NCBI GenBank assembly: GCA_037379345.1
Contig: CM074515.1
Span: forward strand, 47,745,743-47,809,742
Direction of reading: 5' to 3'
DNA from: Perna viridis
Lineage: Eukaryota
DNA length: 64,000 nucleotides
The notes beneath the pieces are model-generated. The model had not been told where the DNA came from, searched no databases, and saw nothing but the letters and a program-made list of their open reading frames with translations. Shown here one piece after another: positions 1-13,878 of this stretch (position 1 is the first letter of the stretch; the number at the start of each line of letters is the position of its first letter). Both the position numbers and the translations under genes were made by a program.

Positions 1-101
1 GGGTTGTAACAGTGGGAGTTTGAGGGCTGTAACAGTGGGAGTTTGAGGGTTGTTAACAGTGGGAGTTTGAGGGTTGTAACAGTGGGAGTGTGAGGGTTGT
101 A
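1..101. repeat. 23-bp minisatellite (gggttgtaacagtgggagtttga), ~4.5 copies, truncated by window start
   Basis: Direct tandem copies visible with 1-2 substitutions or indels each. Confidence 0.95.
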
Positions 102-1974
102 AATGACACTTTATAAAACTCAATCAGTTGTATGTATTCATTCCTACTGTGAATCTATTTTTACTCGTAATTCATTGCCAATTACATGAAAAACATGTAC
201 CACATTTAAAAGGCAATTGTATCCTGATTGGTTGACTGCCAGTAAAGGGAACAAATGGTATGCCTGTGCTGTATGTCCGTCATTCACATTGAATGCACAA
301 TAACTCCAAATTTTTATGAAAATTTGGTGTATGGTTCATTTTTATAGATGGTAGCACCCTGTTGATTTTAATCATTTTCGATTTTACATTTTTGAATTAT
401 GGGACTTCACCTTTAAAATATGGGGTGATTTTCTGTTTTCAGGCAATAACTCAAAAATGTTGCAGTAATTTCAATGAAACTTTAACATTTATTTCTATTT
501 CTGTTGATGTTAGCTCTCTTTCAATTTTGCATTTTTTGAGTAAGCAAAACATGAAATTACAAGCTATTTTTTTATCTAGCATTGTTCTGAAACTTTACTC
601 TCACCAGCGATAAATGGCATAGAAATTCATACATTGAGAGTCTTACTCTTCAAAACATTACATCAAGAAAAACTTCTTGTTTATGATGCACCTCCATTAA
701 AATGTGTGTTACGGCTCTGGCAATTGTTTAATTATCAGTTTCTAGTGATTCACTGTCTGATCTAACTGAAAGCATGTTTTTTTCCTTCCCTCTTCATTCA
801 TAATGAAATTTTCATCTCTGAAAAAGCCATTGATAACAGCTGTGAATTGTACCATTAATATTTGGTTATCTGCTGCCAGTGTTTTAGAGGATTTTGATAG
901 TATTCAGGTGTTTTAAACTACCTTTGATATCTTTTGATGCTAAAATTAAAATTGATATATAGATGTCATCAAAAAAAGATAAAATTTGAAGCAAGAAAGC
1001 AGAAATGTAAATTGTAAGAGTTTGCGTCATTTTGACTTGGGCCATGTTTACCAAAACTGGTTTAAAATGGGTTTATTCTTGTTTGATTTGGAGATGTAGC
1101 TACAGAATGTTGATCCACTGCAACATGATAATGAAGAGTTCCTTGTAGAAAATCACTACATAAATTTCACTTCAGCAACATTTCTATAAAATGTTCCATA
1201 TACACAATTATTAGAAACAATCATGCACATCTAAATACATGTATTGAGCCAGAAAATTGAAAGCACCATGTCTTATTATGCTGTTATTTTTGCACTGCAA
1301 GGGTAGGGTTGTACTTTTTTGACACATTCATTGTTTCCACTTTCATTGTTATCTAAGATTCTAGTTACCCATGTCTGTGTTACTTCGTCCACTAAAGGTG
1401 TGGTGAAGACATGTAGTTAAGTCCAAAGCACCCTTGGTGAATACTTGAAGTACAATTCCTCAATTGATTTTAACACTAATTAGTACATACTAGTAAATAC
1501 ATGTTTTTAAACCTTATTGACTTTTATGTCAAAGGTCAAGGTGATACACAGCATTTGTTTTTTTGTATGTCTAGTGACCCTGACCTTGTTTTGAGTTGCC
1601 CTTTTTATGATTAATGCCTTTTTTGTTTCAATGTTTACATGGTCCTTTGATATTGTGGATTTCTGGTATTTCATTGAGTTATTCAACAAAGTTGTGTATC
1701 CATCTATTCTCAGTTTTTTTTCTGTTTTTTGCTTTCATTGTCTTTTTTACTTTGTCTTTTTCTGTTGAATATTGTTCAAACCATGGTTTGCTTTGTGGCT
1801 TGCCAAAGAACATAAAATTCACATTTTTCACAATAAATTGAAGAACATTTAAAAACCTGAATTGAAATAGTCACATAAAAGACTGCTATGGTTTAAGAAC
1901 TTTTTGTGATGTTGATCCAATATTAAATATTCTAGTTTACTAAAATATATTTTAACATCTTTTTATGATTACAG

Positions 1975-2052
1975 GTATTGAAAAAGGGAGGTAATCTGAT
2001 GTATTCACCGATAGAGGATGATAGACAACAAATTCTGCCAGTTACTTCATGA
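1975..2052 (+). CDS. Probable terminal coding exon of an unidentified upstream gene (VLKKGGNLMYSPIEDDRQQILPVTS*)
   Basis: T-rich acceptor (ttttatgattacag|), then phase-0 open frame to TGA at 2050-2052; the other two phases stop almost immediately; followed by kb of UTR-like, CpG-poor sequence. Confidence 0.5.
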   Translation, partial: VLKKGGNLMYSPIEDDRQQILPVTS

Positions 2053-2616
2053 TAATCGAAGGATTAAACTTCCATTCATTAACCAAAAGAACATTAGTCA
2101 TATTGATTCAATTTCCATTTTCAACAAAACCAATGCAATTTTTATAGCGTTCCCTAGTGAATGATATTTACCACGGGTTGTATATAGAGTCAGTTTCCTT
2201 GTTATTTTTTGTGACTTATACAATTTGCTCAAATAAGTATAATTTGAATTCTCTGATAGTTTAAATATGTTTATTACTGTGATAGTCTCGGCATTAGATA
2301 TTGTGTTTTTGATACTTGTACAAATACAATGAACTTACTTTTTGTATACAGTAATTAACTGGAGACTTTTAACAATCTATGCACCATATTTTCTGGTTAT
2401 TTAGGAAGAACAATTACTCATGGGACTTATGTACGCGTATACTGTTTTTCATCTGTCCTTTCTGCTACATGTACAGGGCTGCCAAGTTTTCAAGACGCAA
2501 ATAAGTGTGAGATTTGCTAAAAATTTTAAAGACTATAGATTACAGGAAAATGTCGCCAAATGAGCTTCAAAATGAGAGTCTCACGCAAGTCTCATTTAAG
2601 ATACTTGAGACTTGAG

Positions 2617-2977
2617 TGGCCAGTATGTGGTATGTGTACATCCAGTGAGACCTGGCCTGTATGTGGTATGTGTACATCCAGTGAGACGTGGCCTGTATGT
2701 GGTATGTGTACATCCAGTGAGACCTGGCCTGTATGTGGTATGTGTACATCCAGTCAGACCTGGCCTGTATGTGGTATGTGTACATACAGTCAGATGTGGC
2801 CTGTATGTAGTATGTGTACATCCAGTGAGACGTGGCCTGTATGTGGTATGTGTACAGTGAGATGTGGCCGGTTTGTAGTATGTACATACAGTGAGATGTG
2901 GCCTGTATGTGGTATGTGTACATACAGTGAGACGTGGCCTGTATGTGGTATGTGTACATACAAGTCCAGTGATATAT
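2617..2977. repeat. 36-bp minisatellite (tggcctgtatgtggtatgtgtacatccagtgagacg), ~10 copies
   Basis: Near-identical tandem units; accounts for the repetitive ORFs 2560-2979, 2567-3064 and 2612-2860. Confidence 0.95.
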
Positions 2978-3884
2978 GAGATTCAAATAAATTTTTTTTT
3001 TGAAGAATGGTAGGAAGTTCAAAATGCTCTTTTTGTTTGTCATTGTGTTCCAGTTTTGGGACAATTTATTGGACTTTTAAAGAAAGGGTGATAAAGTTAT
3101 TGTGCTTCAGCACAGTTGGCTGTTTCTTAATGTAATCATAATATTTGATTTGTAGTAAATTTTGTGTATTAACCATCAGGCAGAAAACCCCACTAACTGA
3201 AACCCTGCAAACAATAGTACTATAATTACCCAATGGCCTGTCATATTTGTGGCTTGAGGCTTCAAGAAAATAGGGCAAAGGGAAGTTGTTAGTATCTCTT
3301 TTATTGATATCATTAGAAATGTATTAATTTTCTGGTACAGTTTTAGCTAATGATAAAGGATGGTTCTCTCATCATTTGAAAATACATGTACTCAATTTCT
3401 GTAAAATCTGAATGAGGAAATTGTGTCAGTTCAAAATAGAAAATCAGTAAAAATATCAAATCTTGGCAGTTATTGAGTAAATCTGTTAAAATCTTGAGGG
3501 AAGTAACTTTTGATCTAAGTATTTATTTTCGTTTTATCTTAAGTAAAAAATTTGTTCAACATCCACCTATCCAACTAAGATTAGTCAATTCTTGCCAAAT
3601 TTTGCAGGAAATTAAAATAAAATGGGTTTAAAATCTGTATTTTGGTATCTACTTTGTTATCAAGAGTCACTGGCAGTTAACTGAATTATGGGGGAAAACA
3701 TTTCATCATAATTTTAATAATTTCTTTGATCTTTAATTATGTTGACTGTTTTGATCCTATTGTTGATTAAAGGAGTAAAGTGATGTATGTTTGCTAAGTA
3801 TCCTACAACTCTAAAGTCGCATAGTTTATTGAGTTTAGTCTATTGTGAGTTATTTTTGACAGTCTTAAGCAATATATTGTATAA

Positions 3885-5012
3885 ATTACTTCACGTTTAC
3901 CTTTTTGTACTAGTCTGTAAGAAGGTACATGTTTAATAACAAACAGATATGAGTTTTTTTAAGGTAAAAGTGTGTTTGATTCAAGGTACTTGAATGTCAG
4001 TCTCTGTAAGAATCATGCAGTGGGTGAAACATGTTACGAAAAAAACCTATAATTTTGAAAGTTTATTTTGATTATCTGAACTATTAGAATCAAGCAAAAA
4101 AGACTAGATTTTCCATATCATTTTGGTAACTTTAGTTAAAATTTCATTGAAATGCATAAAAAAAATGAACGTTTCAAGGGCAGGTAATTCTGTCAAAAAA
4201 CCTCATTTACTAACATGAAATAATATTGTCAATTCGGAGGGTTTTTGACAGGCATGTTTCCTATTTTTCCCATTTTGCCTGATTTTTACAAAGACTTACA
4301 CTTAATGTTTTACTTTTTTGTATTCATCAGTAAAATAATTATCTTTACCATAACTTTGTTCATCACTATTGTTTACTGGTAAATTTAATTTTCTCTCATA
4401 TCCTACTCTTACCCAATGAAAAGTGTCAGTCTAATTAAAATTAGACCTTGCGTTTTTTTTATTTTTTTTATGTTCGCAAGACGAAACAAATAAAAATCGA
4501 AACAAATAAAAATCGGAAGGGCTAATTTTAATTAGACTGCTTAAGTGTCAGAATAATTTGATTTTTTAAATGCTTGAAAGTCATTCTGAGGTATTTTTGA
4601 CAACTATAAACATTATGCTGTATTTTGATTCTTCATATTTAACCTTTTTGCACTTGTCGGTGAAGAAAGAGAATAATGACAAACAGATATATGTTCCTAA
4701 ATGTAAAACATTGCACTTTTGGGTACTGGTACATTATCTAAATATTACTCTATGAAATTGTAAGTATTAGAATATTTTGATTTTTCAATGCTTAAAAATC
4801 CAGAGCTATTTCTGATAGTCATTACCATTATATTGGATTAGGTCCTTTATGTTTTTTGTACCAGTCTTTAAAAAAAATTATAATAACAAACAGATATAAG
4901 TTTCTAACGACAAAGCTGAATTTAGCACTTTGGAGGATTTTTTTACTGGTATCAAATATTACCAAAATTAAATTTTAAGTATTAGAAACTTTTAATTTTG
5001 TTTATGCTTAAA
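3885..5012. repeat. Old, degenerate ~215-bp tandem repeat (3-4 recognisable units)
   Basis: Recurring blocks 'aataa(t/c)(g)acaaacagatat' (~3935, ~4672, ~4881) and 'aagt..(t/c)agaa...tgctt(g/a)aaa' (~4543, ~4763, ~4977). Confidence 0.6.
4427..4539. mobile_element. 113-bp MITE with 18-bp perfect TIR
   Basis: CAGTCTAATTAAAATTAG at 4427 and CTAATTTTAATTAGACTG ending 4539; partially matching 9-bp flanks gaaaagtgt / cttaagtgt. Confidence 0.85.
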
Positions 5013-6058
5013 GGCACATGTAATTATCATATGAAGACTTGTGCAAAGTTTCATGATAATAAGAACATTTTGTATTCAAAATATGTATTTATAGTCATTT
5101 ATGATTTCAAATGAAGGTTCATGTATGTCTACTTGACTTAATTACCTCAAAGCTGATTTAGGAGTCAAAGTCATTTTGACTTCATGTTTTTTTTTCAATA
5201 AGTAATGATAGATATAGCTCTGTCATTTGTCATTAAGCCAGTCAGATTTACTAGATTCATTTTGTTGTATTTCTATAGAGGAATTGTTATAGTTGTTTTC
5301 CCAGTACATGTAGTTTGCCAGATTGTGATAGTCCAAGTCTTTTTTTAAAATACATCATTTTTGTATCAATCTTTTCATTCCATATTCACCAAGTTGTTTA
5401 GAAAATGGAAAAGCTATTTATGTGCTTTTAATTTTTGTACATGTAGCTTTCACAACAGAGATTCATTACTGGAGGACCCATGGGATATCCTCTAGGAAAA
5501 TTATATAGATCTCCCTCCTGGTGACAACCAATCATGTTTAAGTTAGTATTGTATCTAATTTGCTGTGTTCACAGTACTGTTTTTAAGCTAACATGCATTC
5601 TACCTTGTGCCTCATTGTTCATTCACATAATGGTACTGGTGTTAACATTCATATAAAGATCAGAGTGCTTCCTTACAATATCATAGAGGCAGCATTCATT
5701 TGATTTTATGGCAGAGGTTAGAGTTAAAAGTTCAAGGTAAAAGACTGGGTCAGAATTCATGGTGGGAACAAAATTCAGAATATGCCATTGCTCAATTAGC
5801 ACAAAAAATAGAGAAATATATATGGTCAGAATTTAAAACAAGAAAATCCAAGTTCCGATTCCCTAGACTTGGCACTGTGTTTTACCCTTAAAACAAATAG
5901 CAGCCAGTAAATGGGTTGAGTAACATTTTGTATCAAAGTCGTATTCATTATAATTTGAAACCATCTATCATTTGAGTTTGGACTTATTTTTGAATTAAGA
6001 TGGTAAGGGAAAAGTTTAATTCCTCCTAATGGTGTACTGGTAGTCATTATATACCAGC

Positions 6059-6308
6059 GCAGTTGGTATAGTTTCGCTTTTTACCCTTTGACCTTAAAGT
6101 CGCTCTTCCATGGAAACGCAAGTCACCTGATAGAAATTCTGTTTCTTGATTGGCCAAATACTGATAACTTAATGGCGAAAAAAACTGTGTCTGGAAATTG
6201 AAATTGCGTGCCATGTGTAATTTCCAGAGTGCAATGTAGAAAGTTATAATTAAAATGAAAAAAAATGACTGCGTCGGCCATCTTTTTTAAAGGTAGTAGT
6301 TGTTTTTC
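6059..6308 (+). repeat. Dispersed ~250-bp repeat, copy 1 (inverted copy at 39288-39540)
   Basis: gcagttggtatagtttcgctttttaccctttgaccttaaag... matches the reverse complement of 39500-39540, and the similarity extends across ~250 bp. Confidence 0.85.
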
Positions 6309-7281
6309 CTTGCTTCATGTTATATAACTAGTCTAACCCTACACAGACATGACCTCTTTAGTGAGGATTATTGTTTTCTCTTTTTCTGAATACCAACATA
6401 ATTCCAAATTTATATACATATGTAACAACTTGTTATTTGTTTCTCAAGAATTTCACAGAGATAAGTATTTTGTTGTTTTTTTTTTCTAATAAATATTGAT
6501 ATTTCGTGCTTTGTATTTTGTTACGTTTTTTATACTTATTACATGTATGAGGTTCGATAAATACGATTGTTCTTATTAGTATTAAAATACTATTTTTAAA
6601 CCCCCACACCACCTAGCAGGCTGCAGGTATACTACACAAAAACATGCGTCTCATTGATATGAGAGACCTAGAATATATTGGTGCTTTTACATGCAAAAAA
6701 AATCACTTATTACTTCAGAACCATTTAGTTGCATACAAACACACAAACCACTGAAAAGATTGTAATTTGCAAACGGGTAATGAACACCTTATATTACTCA
6801 ATTTGTTGTTTTTGGGGACATATTACAAGTACCTTAGCTTTTTGTGTGCTGTTGTGTTTTCCGTGCATTTGAATCTGTTATTGTGTAATTAGTATTGTGT
6901 TCACCTTTAGGTCATGTTACATGTATTTAGAAGTCTCTGAACTGTTCTTCTGTCTTTGTACTTCGGTGTTTTTTTTTCGATACATTGTAAGTGGTCAGTC
7001 AATAAAAACCACTAGCATATATATATAACATTGTTGGCAAGAAAGTTTTAACGATGTACATAAAAACAACGCAATTTCATAAAACTCAATGCCAATTTGG
7101 GAGATTCTTACGTATTATCTCCTTGATCAACGTTCCAGAATACATCAAAACATAAGTTATTGGTTGTTAACATAGAAAAATGTGTATTATATTCTCAGAT
7201 GAGTGATGTTTAAGATGATTTTTGTCGGAAATGTTGACTGCCAGCAGTGTGTTAATAGTGGATTTATGCTTATTTTTTTTT

Positions 7282-7378
7282 TTTGGACAGACGTATCAGT
7301 AATCCCCTTGACGAAGAAACCTTATCTCTACTTTGGACAGACGTATCAGTAATCCCCTTGACGAAGAAACCTTATCTC
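7282..7378. repeat. Recent tandem duplication, period 50 bp, 2 copies
   Basis: tttggacagacgtatcagtaatccccttgacgaagaaaccttatctc repeated identically. Confidence 0.95.
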
Positions 7379-7728
7379 CACAAGTTGCTTTTGAAACTTG
7401 AAGTCTTTGTTCAAGAGTATTTTACCTTTTTTACTTGATAAAAAATATTCTTTCGAAGTATTAAAGAGACTTAAACTGGGGTGTATTTCGTGACCAGAAG
7501 CAGTCCTCCTAGTTATGTATTACTAATTTAAATAGAGCTCAAAGCTGCTCGTTAGACATATTATCAGTAACATGTCAAAAGATTAAAACAAGCAAAGAAC
7601 GGGGACAACAAAAAATGTAAACTAACTGAAAGAAAAACGAATGTCCGATATCTTTCCAGTTGCCAATGGTAACTAAAGCAATCATTGAACTGTACTGGAA
7701 GAAAAGTCATTCAATGTTTTATACCCCC

Positions 7729-7748
7729 CACACACACACACACACACA
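7729..7748. repeat. (CA)n microsatellite
   Basis: About 10 CA units. Confidence 0.9.
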
Positions 7749-7960
7749 TGGGAGATTTTTATTGTGATCAAGCCGTCCGTTCGTCCGTCTTAAGTTCTAA
7801 TCCGCAACTCAAACCGTTGAATACAATTTCATGAAACTTTCACAGCTTTTCCACACGATTCCAATGTTATAATCTGTATGGCTTATGGGATTTCCTTATG
7901 CAAAACATGCCATTGTCGGCTAAGGGTTCACAATTGCCCTTGAATTGATGAAACTTACCC

Positions 7961-8151
7961 TACCGGTGTACCTGGTCCATGTTCCCAGTTTTTAGTAGTG
8001 TCACGAATTGCTCATTTACTTTTGTTACTTTGTATGTATTATTTTAGTTATTTCATGTTCTTTGTTGTATGTCTGTTTTCCATGTCTGGTCTTTGTCCCA
8101 AGATTATAATCTTTTGATTTCCGCTAGAATATTGGTTCCCTTGATTACTCT
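7961..8151 (+). mobile_element. Dispersed ~190-bp interspersed repeat family A, copy 1
   Basis: accggt..cctggtccatg.tcccagtttt...ttgctcattt...ttggttcccttgattactct, shared with 13700, 23701 and 59081(-). Confidence 0.85.
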
Positions 8152-8841
8152 TCCACAAATCCTGTATTACATGATGTCATTGTGTGATTTGTAGGGTTTC
8201 AATGTGGTTTCCGGGGAGTGAGTGGGAGAATCACCAATTCAGCTTTAATTACCCATATTTTATTTTTCTAGTTTTAAATGTTCTATATTTACATAGAAAC
8301 TACTTATATTTTTATCTATATTGAATATATTTGTATCGCGTTTTTTTACCCTTATAACTTCATAGATGTAATAATTAATACTATTAAAATGTTAGTTTTA
8401 AAAAAAATCTAGAAATATCTTTCAATTTTTTTTTTGACATCGTATAAATTTTATTTGAAGCTTTCATTGTGAAAAAAGAGACATGTTTTCTTTCTATTTT
8501 GAGACAAATTTCAGCAAATTCATGACTTTTGAGAGATTTTGCCAAATCCTTTTTCCGTTCGTTTTATTGATATTTAATTGCCACCAAAGGATTAAAATGT
8601 TCATTTATAGACAGAATTAGTCTTTTAAAGCAAAGACGAATGTCTCCTTTGGTGAAAATAAATGTTAAGTTCATGCGAAAAGAATAAAATTTTGTCTTAT
8701 GCATTTTGTAACATTGAAAAAAGATTTTTTTTCTTTTGGCTCTTTATTTGTATGTGTATTTTTTTACTACTGTGTATTGAAGAACCCATAAACAGGATTT
8801 CGTTAGTGAACAAATTGAAGAACCATATCGGGCTTTTGCAA

Positions 8842-9048
8842 GGGAACTACCATTTAATTTTTTATGAGGGAAAGGGGTATGGGTCAAATTTGAAAAAAAA
8901 TGAAGAATTTAAAATTTCTAAGAAATTAGAAAGGCAGGACAGCATTTAAGAAACAAAGGTGGGATCTATCATTGTCCCAATATGTTTTGTTTATATTTAA
9001 AAATTAGAAAAAAAGTTTTCGGCGTCCTGAAAATTAAAGGTTGCTCCC
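8842..9048. mobile_element. MITE, PIF/Harbinger-like
   Basis: Imperfect TIR gggaactaccatttaatttt ... aaaattaaaggttgctccc; 3-bp flanks caa / taa resemble a TAA target-site duplication. Confidence 0.65.
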
Positions 9049-11336
9049 TAATACTCTGACACCGACGATGGCGTTAGGGATCCTTTACTATTTTCTGATA
9101 TAATGGGTCTCGCACGGACGGGTCAGTCATAAATATAATGTCTATAAAATAGTTTCCATGGCAACATGACCATGAAAACTGAAATTTACCTAATGTTTGA
9201 TATGGTAAATATTGGTTTCTATTGCGCGGTTCAACAAAGTGTAACTTATTTCTGGGCTTGTACTTTGTAAAAAGATTTATAGATTTATTATTGTAAAGAC
9301 ATTTGGAATTTAAGGTTTCTACATGCAGAGAATGGCCCTTCTAAAATATTTCACATTTCTAAATACTCCCTTTCAAATAATTTGAGAGGATCAATTATAT
9401 GTTGTTTGTTTTATCTTATAAATTATATACTTTATTCTATAGATTAAAGTCCTGACAGAAAGAATCGTTTACAGATTGTATAACACCAATAAAGACAAAA
9501 ATTTATTTCATATCTCAATTCTGACATTTCTGAATTTCCTATGTTCAAAGAGATTAATTATTAATTTTGCAAGTATTATGATTAAATGGTCAATGAACAT
9601 GTCCAATCAACCGAGTTTGAAGATGCTGTATGATACATTGTAGATGGCCGAAGTGTCCATGTCGTCAAAAACTTGTTAGTATAGTGTTTTACGTTGTAAC
9701 AATAAACCTAAGAGCTAATGCCGTTTGTACGTTCTCGTTTAATTACTTTACACCATGCAAAAGGCATACCAAAACAACTGCATCGTCTTCTTCAAGTAAT
9801 TGTTTGTACTAATGAAAAATCCAGGAGTGGTAATTACCGAAAACTTTCTGTTTTATTCGTTAAAACTTCCATCAACGATTGGTGTCAGATTATTTACTCT
9901 GTTTCCTGGACTTAGATTGATGTGTGCATTTAGTTTGAACCCGTGCAAATATCTTGCATGTGCTTACATATGCCATTAAAATGGTCAACGTTCATTAAGT
10001 TTAGGATGTAGTTAATGTAGTTAATGGAGAAGTTTTGTTTGAATTTAAACAGGCAAAATTATGGTAAGTTTTCAATAATATTGAATTACTACTAATAATG
10101 TAGTTGAAATTCATAGGTGGATGCAAAGGGCCCGGATAACGTGCCTTACTACATAAATACTAGCAAAAACCAGCAAAAAAAAACAAAAGAGGTCAACTGG
10201 GCGCTCTTTATATATAGTTCGTTTACTTTTGTTCGTACACTATCCGTCACATTTTATATATAATTTTGATTATGTTATGGTGTCGCCTTTGAGGATGACA
10301 CCACATATGTATTGTAATGATATAAGTTTGAAACAAAGGACACCACATCCTTACAACGCCAGGGCTCATTTGTCTACCAGACCTATGGATACAGGAGCCA
10401 TGACATTGCGAAGATAAACCGTAGTAAAGTCAGAAAAACACAGAATAAAACAAATATAATCTGTATGGTGTATCAGTTTTAACAAGTTGAACACAGAAAA
10501 CTGGCAATCATGCAGGATAAACACCTTAAAGTCTACTGAAATCATTTTCAGAATTGACCAGGTGCATCGATGTATTGTATTTGTATTGGGCTTTTCCATA
10601 AACCCTTTGTTGCTCGTGTTATCTATCGCGCTATTTACTGCACCATGCAGAAAAGTGAGTCCCATTTTTAATTTTCCCCATAGAATCTATCCAAAATAAC
10701 TTTTTTTCACAAAAAAACAATAGTGAAGCAATTTCACAAACGATTTTAAAGATCTTTTCATCTTATAAAAAAGAAATATCTAGAAAATAAACTATTTAAT
10801 TAGGGTTTTAAGTTTTTATTGCCAATATCCCTTATACCAGTGATTAAAATTTAATTTTTGTCGAGGCAAAAGCAACTTATGTTTTGAAAGCAGTACAAAT
10901 TCCGGTCGACATTTTCATTGCACGTTATGCTTCAATAAACTATTGCTTGAAACTCATCCTAGCTCAATCGGTCGTGCGATCGTTAACAATTATACTATCG
11001 ATCAACTCTATTACAAACAACCTACAATTCTTACGGTCGAAATACTATTGATATACAGGTGGTTCCCTCAGCAATTTCGCAAGACTTTGAACAATCTCTT
11101 TTGAAATTAATTCATATCGCCGACACTTGATCAAAGTTCGGGATATTAAACATTTTACTTTATCATGAAAGTATAACAAAAATAACATTTATCGCCTGTA
11201 GGAACTGCACGATATCATCGCCTTACATTTTCAATAGGCCCACGTATTTTGATAAGAAATATATTTACTACTGAAATTGATAGATCTAATAAATCAGCGA
11301 AGTACTTTTTTTGTTAAAGCTTTTGGAAATTCTAAG

Positions 11337-11363
11337 ATGACTACACAACAGAAGGACAGCGAG
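11337..11363 (+). CDS. FHOD3: Candidate first coding exon of the long FHOD isoform (MTTQQKDSE)
   Basis: aagATGact start, phase-0 donor GAG|gtattg; joins in frame to exon 21358; lies in a CpG-rich, promoter-like stretch. No homology support. Confidence 0.45.
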
Positions 11364-13699
11364 GTATTGTCTTTCTCTTCGTTTTTTGTATTAAACTAAG
11401 GCCAGTAAATTTTAACGTACGGATTTTATTCTCCGTTTTCGGTACCAATACCTGCAGTTTTGTCTTTCAAGTTGTCAAAACTGGACCCATATCAGCCCCG
11501 AGATAGCTCTCTGGCCTGTTTATAGCATACATGTATCATACGGGTTTTTTTCATATTTTCATATTATCATACATATAACAACCAAACACCCATATTACGT
11601 GTAATCATTGAGTTTGCCCATGGGTGTGTAGGTCGAGGTTGTTACGGGGTGTTATATGTGGAAATACGTGTACTGTGTAGCAAATGTTTCAACAACTGGG
11701 TATTTATCAGTGTTTATCGCACAACATACATCATTTTGGGTCTTTTATGGATGCATAAGGGAAGATAACATTTATAGTATATATATATATATTATTATCG
11801 ACTAAACTTAGAGAAACTTAAGTGCAACCTCCTAGGTCAATAAAAACTCGTATCAACCTCTGCAAAATACTTTTCATTTACTATGATTAGGTAGACGTAT
11901 ATGTACGAAAGTCGATGTAAATTGATTCTCTAGGGCTTGGTTTAAGCAGGTTTCATGATTATGTAATTTTGTATTCATGGTTCCATCAACAGTGTTGTGT
12001 TCCTGCTACGTGTCTAACAGTTTAGAAACACCGTACCAATCACCTCGTTAATTTCTCACAATATCTTTTAGATAACGAGTGACTCACAAGGCGATTATTT
12101 GATCAAGAAAAAAGTATTACTGAGCATAAACATATGTTCTCTAATTATCATCTTCATTACCCTCACATGTTAATCAACCTTAATATCTGAGGATTATGTA
12201 TGCATCAGTTCCCCATTTCCCCCCCGTACCACTTCGCCGCACCGACGACTAACACCGAAAGTTGGGAATGAACAATTGTAGAAAAAACGCGAGTAATACT
12301 ACTCAGTGAGCGAAATTAACAACCCACGTGACTTTAATATTCAGTTTCAGATATTTGGAACTGTTATCAAATTATTCTATTTTGATGGTTTGAGATTTTT
12401 ATCTTTACCGCCTATGTGATGATACTCCACTGTATTCCCAGACAGTTTTGATTCTGCCGTCAACGAGTTCAGTAATATTTTGGCTCAGGAAATGCATTGG
12501 AAGAAATAGATATTCGAGATGTAGCTTGGATTTTAATATTGTTTTACTTTCTTTAGTGGACCAAATTTTTGTATTATGTATCGGAATCGTTACTCAAAGG
12601 ATCTTTTAAAGAGAACAGTAAGTTATGTATTCTTCTGTTTTTCAGTATCGTTTATGTCCTGTTTGTGTATATTTGTCATCCGAACTCAGCATTAACGCGA
12701 TTTCAAATAAAACAAGGTCGTCATAATTCGAATATTAGAATGCATTTGTTTTAAGAATCAATTTATAAGGAATCGTAAAGTAGAAGAGTAAAATGTTTTG
12801 ATTTTCATGACACAAAATAAGTATCAATATTTTAATACTGCATTACCATCAATGATTGGGTTTTCGTGAAAGTAGGGATATTGTTTTTACTTAAGTTTGT
12901 TTAAAACATGTTATTAAGAAGCAATAAAGATAATTCAGATCTTCAGTTTACTTTATCTATCAGATTAACATTTACATCAAGTTGGCACTTACACCCGCCT
13001 ATTACATAATCTGCAAAGTATTTCGTGTGCTTCATGTAAAATAATGCACGTGCAGCATCAGAATCTTAACACTATACTGTCTATTTGAGTAAGTGAATAT
13101 TTTTTCTTCATCTTGAAGAAATGTAAACAATAGCAAAGTAAATAAAGTGGGATAAATTAAACGAAGAAATTCTTAATCTTCTTCAAGCTGAAATTGGACG
13201 TGAAAGTTTAAACAGCGTATGAAATGACCTAATCACAAACGTCCATCTGGACCTTATCTATGTACATTTTATAGATTATCCCATTAATTCGTGTATCTGT
13301 GACCAACCCCTATCGTGCTGTTGGCAGTATATTGCATGTGCTTGAGTAAAAACACATGTTAGATCCCATTCCGACATGTTCTATCAACTTCTACACGCTC
13401 TGCAATTATCTGTATAATATTTTTATTCCGTTACGTCAGAAGTATATCTTTTCCGAGAAATAAATCATATGGGATTGCAGTTTTTTTTATTTTATAAGAA
13501 AGTGCAATAAGAAAGCTGAAAAAATGATTGAAATCAAGAATTTGCACAAAAGCCAATGCAAGAAATTAAAGCAAGTTGCGCTACCCAAAATGTATTACGG
13601 TAGAATGCAATCGAACAACACTAATAATTTTGTCTTTTTGATTGTGATGGAAAACTAATATAATGCTGTAATGGCGTCAATTTTCTATTACTCTTCTTC

Positions 13700-13878
13700 T
13701 GCTCCAAGTTTTATTGGAGTCCGAGTTGCTCATTTTCTTTCGTTTCCTTGTACGTATTAATTTATTTTGGTTATTTTATTTCTTTGTTGTATGTGTCTGT
13801 TTTCTCTGTCTGGTCTTTACCCTTGGATTGCGTTCTTCTGAATTCCGCTAGAATCTTGGTACCCTTGATTACTCTCTC
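13700..13878 (+). mobile_element. Interspersed repeat family A, copy 2
   Basis: Aligns by eye to 7961-8151 and 23701-23899. Confidence 0.8.

Noticed and set aside
2560-3064. Cys-rich repeat ORFs (WPVCGMC…) resembling a zinc-finger or metallothionein, and a superficially CRISPR-like 36-bp array
   Set aside because: The 36-bp unit is a multiple of 3 and is open in several frames on both strands. Units are contiguous with no unique spacers, there are no cas genes, and the context is eukaryotic: a minisatellite
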